A stretch of DNA of 12,397 bases from Candidatus Woesearchaeota archaeon (GTDB lineage Archaea > Nanobdellota > Nanobdellia > Pacearchaeales > GW2011-AR1): positions 1 to 12,397 of the forward strand of contig CAYHYK010000020.1 in the NCBI GenBank assembly GCA_964360985.1, given 5' to 3'. The position numbers and the translations under genes are program-made. The notes beneath the pieces were generated by a model. The model saw only the letters and a list, made by a program, of their open reading frames with translations, did no database searches and had not been told where the DNA came from. Positions 11,780-12,397 of the stretch are shown here, piece after piece (positions within the stretch are counted from its first letter, which is position 1; every line of letters begins with the position of its first letter).

Positions 11780-12397
11780 TTAATTTACCTCCACTCTTAT
11801 AGGTTTTGACATTGTCAATTTTATCATTACACTTTTGATATTATCTCTTTTCTTTGGCAAAGCGTTTGCAATTCCATTGTAAACTGCTTGTATATTCTCA
11901 ATTATCTCTTCTTGTTTCATACTTTCTTTTGCTACAGAAATTTTAACGCTTGCTTCTTTAACTCTTATTTTTAGTGATTTTGATATTTTTGTTAATTCGT
12001 TCTTTATTGCATCTGGAGTTTCATGCATAATTATTCCTAACTGAGGAGAAGGCATTTTACCTGCAGGACCTAAAATTTTACCAAAAGTTGTCGCTACTGA
12101 CGGCATTAATGGTGCAGCTGCAATGAAGAAATCGTACTGTTTTATTAAATTTTTAAGAGATTTTTTATCTTTATACTGTGCAAATTCTAGTTTTGAAATT
12201 GTAGGTAATAAATCAGACTTTTTATCTAAAAATCCGCAAACTTTCTTCTCTTTTACTTTATGAGGAACATTAATTATTGCACTTATATTTTCTTTTCTTA
12301 AGTCAAGACCTTTTAAATTTACAATTAAGTCTATAGACTGCGCGAATTTTCGCTTTTTCTCTTTAGCTAATTCTTCTAATGCTGATTTTACATTCAT
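11780..12397 (-). CDS. rpl1: 50S ribosomal protein uL1
   Basis: Has KRKF.QSIDL.VNLKG.DL.K...I, FIAAAPLMP.V....GKILGP.GKMP and IKVSVAKESM. The position upstream of P0/P1 matches the archaeal L1-L10-L12 operon. The ATG occupies the last three bases of the window, so the CDS looks complete (205 aa), but its upstream region is not visible. Confidence 0.93.
   Translation of the reverse strand: MNVKSALEELAKEKKRKFAQSIDLIVNLKGLDLRKENISAIINVPHKVKEKKVCGFLDKKSDLLPTISKLEFAQYKDKKSLKNLIKQYDFFIAAAPLMPSVATTFGKILGPAGKMPSPQLGIIMHETPDAIKNELTKISKSLKIRVKEASVKISVAKESMKQEEIIENIQAVYNGIANALPKKRDNIKSVMIKLTMSKPIRVEVN
11788..11792 (-). promoter_or_regulatory. Shine-Dalgarno GGAGG for rpl10 (P0)
   Basis: The minus strand reads GTGGAGGTAAATTAAAATG. 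The uL1 stop lies 1 nt before the P0 ATG. Confidence 0.6.

Noticed and set aside
1-12397. Looked for CRISPR repeats, tRNA/rRNA-like GC-rich islands, transposase/integrase genes, terminal inverted repeats, toxin-antitoxin or defence-type gene pairs, and stop-codon recoding
   Set aside because: None found. All intergenic spacers are 123 nt or shorter, AT-rich, and accounted for by promoters and terminators. TAA, TAG and TGA all terminate well-supported ORFs at expected lengths. Every long ORF has a plausible housekeeping or envelope assignment.

Overview
Low-GC (about 30 percent by eye, not computed), very compact archaeal chromosome segment. It holds 11 protein genes, and I see no tRNA/rRNA, CRISPR array, transposase or integrase. 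Archaeal origin rests on three things: the uL1 - uL10(P0) - P1 stalk operon at the right edge (P1 ends ...[16 protein letters not shown]), a TrmB-type regulator, and TATA boxes about 22-24 nt upstream of ATGs (leaderless starts). The style resembles DPANN-type archaea, but lineage cannot be proven from this window. Left to right: a 5'-partial MBL-fold hydrolase, then a LamG-domain surface protein dense in N-glycosylation sequons. Next, on the minus strand, is a four-gene surface-polysaccharide block: an N-acetylhexosamine-type nucleotide-sugar 6-dehydrogenase, a HasA/NodC/chitin-synthase-like processive GT2, a membrane-anchored PgaB/IcaB-like CE4 deacetylase fused to a beta-sandwich domain, and a separately promoted secreted beta-sandwich paralogue. 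After that come msrA, a TrmB-family regulator divergent from a signal-peptide protein resembling a 12-strand bacterial outer-membrane beta-barrel, a bacterial-type tRNA U34 hydroxylase (TrhO), and the ribosomal stalk operon. The most interesting item is the translationally coupled dehydrogenase/synthase/deacetylase operon. It combines has-operon logic (synthase + sugar dehydrogenase) with pga/ica logic (synthase + deacetylase) in an archaeon. All family calls come from motif recognition by eye and recalled reference sequences, not database searches.
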